Source of the DNA: Yuukianura sp. NJ FZ-2021
Lineage: Eukaryota
Assembly (NCBI GenBank): GCA_046563655.1
Contig: CM102290.1
Coordinates: 558,001-622,000 of the forward strand
Direction: 5' to 3'
DNA length: 64,000 nt
In this document: positions 1 to 12,819 of the stretch, piece by piece
Layout: each line of letters opens with the position of its first letter
Position numbering within the stretch: the stretch's first letter is position 1
Notes under the pieces: generated by a model
The model's input: only the letters and a program-made list of their open reading frames with translations
Database searches by the model: none
What the model was told of the DNA's origin: nothing
Made by a program: the position numbers and the translations under genes

Positions 1-694
1 GGTGCTGGACGAGAGTCAACTGTCCAGACTAGTCCAAATGCCCATCTTACACAAGGGGGGGGGGTTCGTAACCCCCCCCCTCCCTCTCTTGGTCCATAAT
101 AAATGTCAAGCGTGTGACCTCCAGGTGAGTTATGATGGTCATCTCTAACGTAGTAAAGGAGGAGAGTAGAAAAAATGGAAATTGATTGAAATCGCGGTTT
201 TTCGAAAACAAAAAAAAAATTCACCTGTCCCCCTCCATACTTTTCGACATGAAAATAAAGTGAATCTCTTCCGGTGTTTTTACATATGCCACTTGAATCA
301 AGAGAGAAAAGGCCCTTGTTCTATACAATTAAGCACAAAATGTTAGTTTTTTTTCAGACATGTTAGGTTATTACATTAGGTTATTGTGACATTGTTGCAT
401 TGAAGGAAAATACAACAATAAAAAGTGCACAACTGACAAAGTTCCCCTTCAAAGGGCGAACTGATTGCTTCTATCCTGATTCAACTTTCCCAGGACAGGT
501 GCAACCACAATTACACAGAAAACATAACATTTGAATTTTGCCTGACTTCAAAATTTCAAAAACAAAGTTTTTGAAATGTTCAAAATTTTGTGTTTTCACT
601 CAATGTTACACTTCTGGCAAAAAGAGAAAGCAGAGATGTCTTTTTCAGTACTATTTCAGTTCACTTTATTTTCTCCTTTTTTAAAAAAATGAAG

Positions 695-768
695 ACCGCT
701 CACTTTTTTCAACTTGAATTCAAAAAACCAAAATTTTTTTGAATTCAAGTTGAAAAAAAGTGAGCGGT
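695..768. repeat. 74-bp near-perfect hairpin
   Basis: ACCGCTCACTTTTTTCAACTTGAATTCAAAAAA and its reverse complement (one A/T indel) around a ~7-nt loop. Confidence 0.85.
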
Positions 769-2989
769 GGTCCTGTGAGTGTTTTCTGTTTAAATTTGGA
801 GGGAATTCGAAGGGAAATGAATGGAGAGATGGGAACCCCTTTGAGAAATCAAGTAATGAAGCCCCCGGGCAATAAAAAATTTACTTTTTGGTTTTCTCTT
901 TAAAAACTTTAAATGCGGAAAAAATAGAAAAAAAAGTTCTTGAGGGGAAGAAGCGGAAGAAAGTGTGAGTGGAAGATTGAGGAGGAGCGGGAGCGGGATT
1001 GTTTAAATTTCTAATGTCAATATGAAGGATTTCGTTTCTCCTCTTCTTAGGAATTTTAGTCAGTCAAAAAACCCACTTCCTTTTCTTTTTCCGGAGGTTA
1101 AAGATGAAGAACGTTTTTCAAAAAACGAAAAAAATGCGGGAAAAGTGCCCATCTCTTTTGTTCTTTTGTTCCCAAAAGATCAGCCATAAACTATCTATTT
1201 TAATCCCACAAATGAAATGATTTTTATAATTTAAGCGATGGAGCCAGTCCGTTCCCAACCGCATGAAAAGAAAAATTCTCTTCTCAAAACCATACTTCCT
1301 GCTTTTGCCAAAATTTTAAAATTTTGAAATCTTCAAAAAAAAATTCTTTGCATTTTTTTCAACCAGACTTATATTAATTTTCTTCAAAGTTTTCAATTCC
1401 GTTTTTTAAAATGAAAATAAAGATTTTGGTTTGTTTAAAAAAAATCTGTGCCTTTAATTTTTTTTCTCATTCTCTAAAAAATGTTGAAAGTTAATTATGT
1501 TCCTTTCCGTTTCAATTAGCTTGTTCAACTTTTTTTTTAATTTGGAAAGTTGAGAAGTTACTCAACCTTGTAAAGAAAAGGAAAAAAAAAGAAAATTAAA
1601 AAACGGGAAAGTTGAATTTGAGTCATTTCGCCTCCGAGCCTTGAAAAGTTTTTTCTTCGTTTTTTTTAAAGTTGTTCATTGCCTTTCTTTTTAATTTCTC
1701 CAAAGTTCCATCCATGGAGAAAGTAAAAGGATTTTTTTTGTTCTCGTTTGAAATGACTGCAGAAGAAGTAAGAGATCTTTTGAGCTCCTTGGGGGAAAGT
1801 GTGGAGTTTCTTTTTCAGCCCTCAAATTTCCAACGTCTTCGTTCTGAAACGATTTCAAAAAAAAAAAACGAAAAAAAAGAAGCTGGAAGCTACAACAAAT
1901 CCCGCTCAAGCTTTAGTTTCACCTGACTTTCTCCAAAAATACACCAAAAAGGAAAAAAAAACTCGAAAAACAAAACAAACATTTTTGAGTACTAACACTG
2001 TCACACATCAACTTTCAAAAAAAAAAAATCCAAAAAAGTAAGTAAAATCGACATTTAAAAATTTTGGTTTAAAAAGTAAAATTATTTTGCTGCCGACCGT
2101 TGATTTCCTTCAAATCAGGAAAAAATCGAACTCTGATAAAAATTCTCACTTTGCTTTCACCGTTTTCTTTCTTCTCATTTTTTTTTGCGTTTGATGCTTT
2201 TAAATTTAGGTTTGGAATTGAGTTGAAAAGAGCAGGAAAATTTGAAACGGAGAGAAAGTCGTGTTTGAAATTTGGTGCTTACAAATGGATATTTTGAGTA
2301 GTGGAATGGTGTAGTAAGAAAGTGGTGCTGTTCTTATGCTAAAGTAGAGGGAAAGATTATCCGATGAAAGTTTAATGCCGTTTCGCCCAAGAGGAAGGCG
2401 GAGGAGAGGTGAATATTAAGACTTGGCTCGCGTACTTAGTAACTCCGACGCTCCAGGACGAAGCCAGAGCGACTCGGACCCTCAAGGGACCCCTCCGACA
2501 AATAAAAAAAGGAACCCTGTTTCTATTCTTTGCACAGCCCTCGTCCAAAGTGGATCTCAAGTACAGGAGCTGGTTCAAATGGAGAAATATCCAAATGAAA
2601 GAAATGTTCCAGGGTCCAAGGGGACTCAGAAGGCAGCTCCCTTTCATTTACTCGGAAGCGGAGCAGAAGAAATGACCCCGGGGGTCATAATTTCCAACCC
2701 CCCACCACCCACCGTCCCACCGAAAACCAAACCCACTTCGACTTTAAGGGTCCCACTACCCACCCTTGAAAAAAAAATTAAACTTTTTGTTTGACTTTTA
2801 AGGGCCCAAATGTGGACAAAAGGGATGCCCTTAGGCATGCTTTCTCCATTTTTTTTCTAATTTCAGCTTTCCAGCTACCATCAAATGCCTCCCACAGCTC
2901 AAACCTAATCTAATCTTTCCTAATTAGGCTAACATTAACCTACTCTTGTTCTGATTAGGTTAATATTAACCTAGTCATTCCCTGATTAG

Positions 2990-3186
2990 CAGACCTGCAA
3001 AAAATATTTACTAAAAACGAACCAAATTTTTGAATAAATATAATATTTACCGAAATAGCTCAAAATAATTACGAAATTAACATTAAGGGCATGGGTGAAT
3101 GAATAAATATTTAGTAACAAAAAGGCCTGAAATATTGATTTTGTTAACATTACAGGCATGGGAACTTAATATTTTTGGCATGTCTG
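2990..3186. mobile_element. ~200-bp MITE family C (CAGAC.TGCCAAAAATATTT TIR)
   Basis: TIRs plus the internal block GTTAACATTACAGGCATGGGAAC, shared with 17480-17652 and 56278-56474. Confidence 0.75.
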
Positions 3187-4069
3187 TTGATCCGGTTAGT
3201 ATTTATTACCGGAATCTCAATGTTTTTAAGTTGCGTTTTTGCTTTCACCCTCACTTTTACCGTAAAACTTCAGCAGCCACTTGCAATGTGGTTAGTTTTT
3301 GGTCAAGTTAGATTGTAGATTTGTGTTAGGTTGTGATGTCATGTGATTAGCTTAAGAAGGGCATTGACCCCTGACCTCTGCCTGCACTTGCAACACCGCT
3401 TCATGTCTACATGAAATTGCGAGGATGGATTTTGATTTTGAGCGTTTTTTTGAAGTTAGGCTATGTTTAGACAGAACTGAAGGTAGGGAAATGGTTGGTT
3501 TGAGCCTATTATTTGGACAGGGATGATTTAGTGTGGATTGTCATTTGGAGTTCTGTGTAATTCCTATCTGTCCACTTTATCCAGTGGAGATAAAAGGCCA
3601 TTAAACGGTTGGACGGAGAAAGCCTTGGGATAGTATTTGTGTTGTGGTGGTTCGGTAGAGAAAGGTGAAGCTTAGGACTTTGTGGGATGGATGGAGAGGG
3701 ACATGATGGATTCGATGTAAAAGTTTAATGAAGTGACTCAATGCAAGACGGAGACAGGAGAGGTAGGGGGACACATGCGAAGGTGTTTGGAGAAAGCATC
3801 ACAGCCATTGGACGAACAGACCCATTTATTCTACGAAATAGCACAAACGGGGTCTGTCTATTCCTCTCCATTGTGTAACAAACGTCTTCCTCCACTTTCC
3901 AAACACACACAACCACTTTCCAATCCACACACGACGAACAACAAAACCACTTTCACCAACTATTTTCACTCCTACCGACCTTTCTTCCAAACACTGTGCT
4001 CTAAAACCTCCTGATTTCAAAAAAAAAAAAAAAAAACTAAGAAAAAATTTGGTGAAGGTTTGGTAAAGC

Positions 4070-4213
4070 CAAGGTTTGTTGAATTTGATTTTCTTTAACA
4101 GGTTGAGTAATACCTCAAGCTTTTTTCGATTTTGCAAAAAAAAAAATTTGCAAGTGTCCTTTCATTTCCGTGCATCGTAGTTATAACAATACCGCCCAAT
4201 TTTTTTAAAATTT
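4070..4213. mobile_element. CAAGG-MITE family A, truncated copy
   Basis: Starts CAAGGTTTGTTGAATTTGATTTTCTTTAACAGGTTGAGTAATACCTC and matches the other family A copies. The other end is missing. Confidence 0.75.
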
Positions 4214-5806
4214 CTGTAGAAAATTGGACAAAAAATTACTTCCAAATTTTTTTTCCGTTTTTTTTAGTGCGAAAATGTAATGAAAACGTAAATAATTGCT
4301 AGATCAAAGGTTAGCAATTAGGTTGTAGTCAGGTTAGCAAGGAAAAGAGAAAATTTTCAGGTTAGCTTTAAAAACACTATTTGAAATCAATAGAGTTTCG
4401 ACTTCAGAAATTCATGTCTTATTCAGTTCCCACTTAATCTTTATTCACTTCACCCATAGTGTGTGGTGTATTATCCACTTAACACCGATTTTTAGCGAAT
4501 CCTAATTACAGTTTCACTCTTTCAATTAGCACATTTTAATTATACATTTTTAGTTCTATTTTTTCATAAACTATTTTCCCGTGTTTTAAAAATAAGCACA
4601 AAATTCTCATCACTTTTTAAGTATTATGCACTCCTTAAATTTCCAATTGTGGCACTTTTTTTAAATTGAGCTTTTCCACCCATAATCCAATTTTTTTAAA
4701 CAGAAGTTAAAAAAAAACAGAAGTTTTTTAAACAAAAAAAAGTTTCAAAATTTTTTGTCTTCCTTAGCAGGAACAAGCGACTAGCAGCAGTTAGCATAAG
4801 CCTGTCCTTTCAAAAATGGCAACACAAAAATTACAAAACCCACTTTTTTAAAATTCCGCCTTACATAAAACTCGTTTTTAATTAATTATACAAAGTAAAT
4901 TTTTAAATTATACTTTCTCTATTTAAAATTTTTCAAAAAGCCTATTTTTTACAAATGGACGGGGCCGTATTTCCAATTTCCATTTTATGCTACCCTAGAA
5001 AAAAAATATGCAACCCACTTTTAAAATTTCGTCAACATTTTTTTAAACTAAAAAAAGGAACTTTTTCTTTGTTTCCGAAACTTACATAGCTATTGAAGAA
5101 GCCCAATAATAAAATTCCCTAATTCAAAAATTAAAAAACATTTTTTTTTAAAAAAGCACGAAAGTCAATAATTTTTAAAAAACCAACAAGGAAGGTCAGA
5201 TCTTAAATAAGAAATTGTTTTAACAGCACTTTGTTCCTTAAATGTTACAGGATGGAATGGAAGATTCATAATTCTCAAAATATTTTAAAATTATGTAAAA
5301 GTTAAAATTTTAAAAAACTTTTTCTTCAGAAAAGTACAAGAAATCCTAATAACTTATGTAGTATGAGTAACCTAAGTAAAAAAAAACCTTGGTAAGGAGT
5401 TAAATTCAATTACTTTTTGAAAGAAGTAACTATTAAGCAGGGCCAAAGTGGAGACAAATAAAATTGTCAAGGTAGTCATAGTCAAGTGGCCAATTAAAGA
5501 AAGCACTTTTTTCTTCTTATGTGCACATTCTTACAAAAAACGGTAACTTCCAAATCCCCCGCCAAAAAAAAGAGCCTCTCCTGCTGTCTGCCTTCTGAAT
5601 TATGCAGAAGAGTGAGCTCATTAAACCTCCTCTCGTCGCTTTCTCCTTATTTAGACTTCCAGGCTTTTCTTCCACAAAAAAAATTTTTTTGGAAGAAATT
5701 TTTTCTTCGATTCTAACCAAAAAAATTCCTTTTTCAACTTTGAAGAATCCACGAGTAAAATGGAAGACAAAAACAATGGATTGACCTCCTTGACTTTTGC
5801 GAATTT

Positions 5807-8800
5807 TCAGACGATTACTGACGGATAAAGTCCTGCTGGATGCTCTCCAATGACTACCAAATAAAAATTTTAGTCAAATTTCAAAAATTTTGTCAAATTT
5901 CAAAAATTTCGTCTTTCCAAATTTTAGTCTCACCCATGGCAGCAATCCATTTATACAAATCCTCTTCCGAACTGCAGCTAACTACGTTTCCAAAATACGG
6001 TTCCTCTCGACTCCTAAAATCAGAAAAAAAAACTTTCTTTTTTTTTGTTTTTTGAAAAAGTTTTTTTGAAAATGCTTTTTTATGTCACTTTCTACAACAA
6101 TCTGCACTATTTAATTAATTCATGAAAGTGAAAGTGCTGAGAGGTTTTAAAAATGGATTGATAAAAAATATTTCAGAAGAGAAAGGGGTGGCTTAGTTAT
6201 TATTTTTTTTTTGAAGATTCCTATCACCTCACACGCTCAAATTTTAAATGGTGACAAGGGAAGTGCACTATTCTTCTTTTTTTCAAAATTTGCCGCCACC
6301 AATATTCAAACTCGCACAAAAGCATGTGAGAAGGGTGAGTAATAAAATCAACTTTTCAAAAAAAGAGGACACAAAATATTTCATTCAGACAAAAACTTTC
6401 TCTCTTGTCCAAAAAACGCAAATTTTGAGTTTCCAGCCCCACCCAATCTCATCCCAATGGGGTAGAGATTGGGTGGGGCCGTGGAGAAGTTAACCAGAAC
6501 CTCAAAAGTCCCACCAAAAGATGAGCGTCCTTAATTATTAACGAGGAGGCGTTAATTGGAGTCCTTCTCTCAATCAGCCTCTCTCTTTTCCTTCATTTTG
6601 ATCAAACCACCTTCACCAGGAATTGAACCCACCACCCCCTCCTCCTTTTTCTAATTAAACCTTCCTCCATGAAACCATAATGAGTTCATACTTTCACCCT
6701 CACTTTTAAAACTCACCTCTTGAAGGGGTAGTTCCGTTTTACAAAAGTGAAAGCCCATCTAAGAAAACAACAAACAAGATGACTTTCTGAGGTTATGATT
6801 CCCAAAACAGATGAAGTTAACTAAAAAGTAAAAGTTAAGACTTCCCCGCCCCCTCTTTCCTTAACACTCAAGTGTCTCAGAAGGGAAATCTGGTGGTGGA
6901 GAGTTAGGTTAGGTAATGAGTGTCTGAATAAGTGATTGGAGAGATGGAGAAAGTTACAAGTGAAGTCAATTACAAGTGAGAAGAGTCATGCATCTCTAAT
7001 GAAAGTCTAGACTTACAAGATCATCAACTCAACCCCACGAGGACCCTCGTCCACAAAGCCTAATTTACCCACATAATTACTCCGCTTTATTAAAACACCA
7101 TTTCCCTACAAAAACTTGCTCCACTTTCTCCATCTAACACAACATACAACAACCTTAACTTGAATGATAACAAAAAAAAAATGTTTTTTCTAGACCAGGT
7201 TGTCCAATAACTCAATGTGTTTCATTTTGTTAAAAAATTTGAAAAACTTTGATCTACTAATTATTTTCATGTAAAGCAATTGGAATTGGGGGAAAAAAAT
7301 TATTTGAACCAAAATTTTTTTCAAACTCCGAGTTATTGGACAACCTGTTGTAGGAAATACCATTCGGTTGTCAAGGAACCTTGGTTACAACTTTGGCTTG
7401 ACAAGAGCGCATCAAAATCGGGACTTACTTTGGAGTAGGAGTTCGTTTGGATTCGGTCCCCATGTACCAGACGCTGAAAACAAAATTCAAAAAATTACAA
7501 AACTAACTTCCGCTTTGGCTAAGTTAGGCTTAACATTCCTCAAAAATTCATAGCCTAACAAGCACATAACTAAAATCTAGAATCTTCCCATTCGAGTCAG
7601 AACCAAGTCGTGTCAATTTTTAAAAATTTGTAACTTTTCCTACCATTAAGTGCCTCTTTCCCAAACATTTTAGATTTCATATCACGAAAGTTAGGCCTTT
7701 TGAGTTGAAAGGCACAATTTGAGACTTACATGTCCTCAATATTCCAGGAACCGAGTTCTGTTGCCGCCTGGAAAAACCAAAAAAAGTAACCGGGATAAAA
7801 CATTTATGACCAAAAGTGATTAATAATGGGCTGGAAAAAGGAAAATGAGGAACACAGTTTCCTTGTTCTTTTTAATTAATGCGAAAATGAGGGAAACTAT
7901 ATACTTTCTTTATCGAAAACTCAAAAAAGCAACCATCTAAGAAAATACCCGGGTGAAAATCGGGCTCCAACTCAAAAAAAACTAATAAAAAATATACAAC
8001 AAATCCAAAAAAGACATAAAATAATAATTGAGGGAAGCTTCATATTTCAAATGGCTTTTCATCATGCAGAGGTGGGTATTTACTCAACAAAAAAAATAAT
8101 AAAAAATAATGAAGCCAGGCTATTTTTTTGTAGCGGGAATCTTGTTTAAGCGTCGACTGGAGATGGAACTATTTTTTTTTTGGTACCGGCGGTAGGTTAC
8201 GAAACCCCGTCCCTAAAAAACTGCCCATTTCCATCTACCCGCGTATTCCATTCGACCTCTTCGTAAATGGAATGATTCCTATCTGCCTCCTGCTCTTCAA
8301 TTCGTAATTAATGGTCACCGTTAAGGCCTTGGATTGGGGAAGTCTTAATTATAAATCGAGGCGGAAAAAATAAAAAACCGGGTTTATACCCGGGTCTTAT
8401 GCATTTCGCTTTAACGAAAAAAAAACCGAGGGAGAAAAAAAGCGCACAAAATTTTGAATTCTTAAGATATGGATTTTGACACAGATGTATAAATTTTCCA
8501 AATTGTTCATTAAAAAGTGGTAGGGATGTTTTTTTTTTTAAAAACGTGCAACACAAGTCGCAAATTTCGTCGCAATTTCATAATGAGAAACGTTAATTTT
8601 TAGTGGTGAGCTATTTGAAACGGTACAATGTTTTGGCGGGAAACTTTTTTTTTGCATACCTTCGAATGCTTGTAGTACTTGAGCATAGCCCGTCCAAATT
8701 TGAAGGCGTACTTTTTGAAAGACTTGGATTTACTGTCAGCAAATTTGAAATCTCCGTAAACTGCAGTTGGATCTTTGGCCTAAAAGTTAAAAACGTTAAA

Positions 8801-11800
8801 AAGTTAAAAGTTAGAAGCTAAATCAAAAAGCTTTTTTTTTAACTTTTTAACTCTAGTTAATTAAAAACTGTTTTGGTCGTACGTATGGAATGAGTGCAGG
8901 GTAGAGCGTGTTTTTCTTGAGAATGAGGTAGTTGTTTTTGCGTTCATCAATGTCCCAAATGCTCCACCGAAGCACCGTTTCAATCACAATTTCTGAGGGA
9001 TGAAGCGGTCTCTCCAGGGAATTCCCACAAATTACTTCATGGATAGACAAGTTCTCATGGTTTCGTAGCTGAGCCAACCGACTCAACTGTTGAACTATAG
9101 TAAAAGCAGTTCCTTGTGGAGTCAACTAAAAACACAAAAACACACATGTAAAAAAAAGTTGAAAAAATGTCAGATTTTGAGGAAATTCCATTACGGTAAT
9201 GTTTATGGCCCGACTTTCATCTTTCTCCCAAATGTAAATCCAGATCTTCATATCTCCAGAACACTTTCTCTTTGTAGCACCCAAATGAAAATTTTCCAAA
9301 GCATCTTGCATCTTCCTCTCTCGCTCTCGTGCAACATTATCAACGCGAAACAGGGCATAGTAGTTTCTAAAAAAATCAAAATTTCGTTAGTTAGCACAAG
9401 TAGATTTTGGAAAATTTAAAAAAAAAATTTAAAAATATGTACCTAATCAAATCTTTGACGACTTCGGATTCATCACATGCAGTTCGGTACTGATCGTCAG
9501 ACTCGAGCGTATTTTGGCCAACTTTCGGAGTCTAAAATAACATAAAAAAAAGCTTTTATGAAAAACTGTTTTTTTTTCTTCTTTTCTTTTCGAATGAATG
9601 TTGAAAATAGACATGGATGCGGATTTACATCTACGTTCATAAGCGTAGGACCCCAAATTGGAGCCAAATTGTTGAGTGGCATAAGATTCTTCTCGTGCAG
9701 TTCATGGACGGCGTAGAGATGGCAAATCAGTTTCTTCAGAATGTTTTTGTTGATGGGCGGCAGAGAGTGGAGTAGATCTTCGTAAGTCTTCATCTTCAAC
9801 TCTTCGTTGGCAATTCCTTCAAAATTACGTCAAAATTAACACCTCAATTCCAAAAAAAAAAAAACTTAATTTTTTTTGTGAAAAAGCATTACTTGAAGTT
9901 GCTATCCAACTGGAGTAAAGTCCAGCAGTAAACAGAGGATCCGGCAAAGTACGGAAAAAACGTTTTAGTGTCCCCGCGACATCATGGGCTGAAAATTCCT
10001 TATGTGAAATCTGCACGCTCCATGCATCTTTTTGAAATTCAGACAACAGTTGACTAATTCGAGTGTTTGAACCGCTTTGGCGGTAAATTCCTTCCGCCAA
10101 TGTTCCTATTTTTAGTCAAAATCGAAATTCAAATTCACCAAAAATCAAAATTCAAAATTTCCGAAGTCAGAATTTTTTTGTTAGGAAATTTTACCATGAG
10201 CATATAGGAAATCAATACATTTGTCTACAATGACAGGAATTTCATCCATGGTGAGCTGCATTTCGTTGAAATGAACTCCATTTTGTGTGGCAGCCTCTTT
10301 GATCACTTTCTCCCAACTCACAGTAACTTTCACCACTTCTGTCTGGATAAAAATTATCTTGGAAATCATGTCCACCGTCAGCACTTCCGAGTTGTCAACA
10401 AACGGACACTTTTGTTCCACGTCCTTGGTGCCAATCACTAAAAATATAAAAAAAATTTTGGAATTTAACATTATTGTTCAAAATTTCTATAAAACCAAAA
10501 GTTTTTCAAAAAAAAAAAAAAAGTTTTCTTACCAACAGATCGAGCTTTCCTCAAGTCCAACTCGAAAAATTCTTCTGAACCAGCAAATCCGTGAATCAGA
10601 TTTCGATCTTTGAGGATCAGCCAGCTTGGATACCATTCGCTAGTCACCGTTTCCTAAAAAGTAACATTTTAGATTAATAATTAGATTAATTAAATTAGTA
10701 ATTAACATACTAATTAGAATAGTTTTACCTTAATAAAACACCATCCAGCTCTATCATACGATGAAACAATGTGTGACGGTACAACGGGAACAAACACTTC
10801 TGCCCATTTGTGCATCCAAGAAGCTCTCTCAGCATCCGTAGCCGCTGCCAACAACAAACTGTTTTTCCCGCCAAACGTAATTTCAAACGGTTTCAGTTGT
10901 GTTCCATTGGATCCCATTTTGTTATCACTCTTCTTGGCAATCAACGTTCCTTTTTCCAAACTAACTTCTTCTATAATCGTTTTCTTGTCGTTGTACACTG
11001 ACAGCTTCCCATTGGACAGAACGACCCACCTCTTCGTAAACTCCTTCTGCACAATCCCAGCAGGTTTGAATAGGTAAGAAGAGTAAACGATATTGGAACG
11101 AACGGAGGGCGTAAACTTGCATAGTCCGTTTTCTCCATGCTCAGAGTGACATTTGTCGCAAATGGGTGGAGCCAAGTTGTCCAGCGATGCTTTACGACTC
11201 CCGCCAAGTGACTCTTCACGGATTGGAATCAGTCGGATTTTGTGGCTTAAACGTCTCAGAAAACTTCCGCCGGTGTCTGATCGTTTCAAACTGGGAGCAA
11301 CGGTAGAAGTGACTCCAGGATCATCAGCTGATACTTCTTCGTCTATTGGTATATCTTCTCTGGACTGATGAGATACGAGTGGAGGAGCAACGTCTTCATA
11401 GTTTTCGTCAACTGGAGAGAGAACTGGACGTGATTCTTTAGACTTTGAATTCTGTTGGATGGATTCAGAAGTTAGAGTGAGTGGAATGTAATTAGGATTT
11501 TCAAAATGATTGAGTTCCAAATTGGAAGGAATGTTAATTCGTTTTGTGACATTGAATTTATCTTCGTCATCGGCATCAGAACTAATGAGTTCGTAGGAAT
11601 GTGAACTTGGTTCGCCCCCTTCTACTGTTTCGTTTCCGTTTTCTTCTATGGACATGCTACTGGAGTTGCGATGATCAATGTCTTGATCTTGATGTAGTTC
11701 AAACAGAGGATCAAATTCCATCACGATTGAATTTTTAGAAGTGTCGAATCTGGGCAATCCTTTGATGACATTGGGTTTAGAATTCAATTGATTGTCAAGG

Positions 11801-12819
11801 AATACGACCGTTCCATCTTCTAGTGTCACATCGTCATATGTGTTTCCTCTTCCAGGTTTTCTGCGTGGAGACAACGAGGCACTGCTGCCTTCGCTGAGAC
11901 ATTGAGTTCGATTTTTAGTTAATTTCGTACTGGAAGTATCAACGGATGGAAGGCTGGTTGTGCGAGATGAACAGCCACTACTCAGCTGACTACAAAAATC
12001 GTCGGTGACTATGGCATGATTAACTTCGTAAAAGTTTTTCCTGTCTTTCCCTTTAATTGGAACGGCATAGTTACATTCACTACTACCAGCTGATGACGGA
12101 ATTGAAGGCGACGAGGAAGAGACAGACGTAACACGAATCGTTTCATTTTCGTATAAAGTTGTTGAACTACTGTCTTCAATTTTCAGTTTGAAGTGGGTAG
12201 TACTTGAAGACGTTAGTTTTTGAACAGTTTTGGCCTCGGTTGAATTGTGATTGTCAAGTATTGAAAGATTGTCGGTGCTTACAGGAGCAGCAGTAGGGAC
12301 GAAACGTCGCTCTGGTTTCTTAGGAACGACAATTGGTTCATAAATTGATTGTTTGTTGGTAGTTGGCTGATTGTAGTAATCTGACGAATCAGAGTCAGAA
12401 CAGTTGAGAGATGAGGACATTGATGGGAAGGAGGCTTTGATTTCTTCACTCAGTTCAGGCGGAATCGGAGACGAGAAGGAAACTGCGCGTAGAGGATGAG
12501 GTTCTTGAAAGTCCTTTTCAAATTCTTCAAATGGATCAATCGATCTGCCTCGTTTGAAAATATTGATTGTTCCACGTTTAGTTTCATCTGAAAGAACTGG
12601 TTCCGTAGTGTTATTTGGCACATTTTGATTGTTGACATCTTTACTATGTTTTTTCTTATCTCCAGATCCAGAACTGAGTCTCTGAAGTAACTTCCGTGGA
12701 AGTGGAATTGGTTTTGAATGCTTTCCAGTACCACTGCCATTGGCATTCACGTCTCCCATGTTGTTGTTGGGCGAGTCTCCTCTGCTACGTGGGATCGGAA
12801 CAGGTTTGTCAACTTCCAT
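5807..12819 (-). CDS. ARAP/centaurin-delta family (RhoGAP15B-like) protein: long disordered N-terminus, PH, RhoGAP, RA and C-terminal PH domains; multi-exon
   Basis: The first coding exon 12819-10729 ends in a PH domain (FTKRWVVLSNGKL...ERASWM). RhoGAP motifs: IPVIVDKCIDFL, AEGIYRQSGS (arginine finger), DVAGTLKRFFRTLPDPL, NLMPLNNLAPIWGPTL. RA-like segment LERPLHPSEIVIETVLRW. The C-terminal PH domain is rebuilt from small GT-AG exons at about 8660-8779, 7730-7767, 7429-7473, 6717-6758, 5933-6013 and 5807-5853, ending ...GLYPSVIV* with TGA at 5807-5809. Confidence 0.85.
7168..7383. mobile_element. CAAGG-MITE family B, short derivative with eroded left end
   Basis: CAGGTTGTCCAATAACTC...GAGTTATTGGACAACCTG subterminal inverted repeat. 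Ends GTTGTCAAGGAACCTTG. The right ~110 bp matches 21226-21330. Confidence 0.8.

Noticed and set aside
55..80. G10-TTCGTAA-C9 hairpin
   Set aside because: Homopolymer arms with no supporting context, so no function can be assigned.
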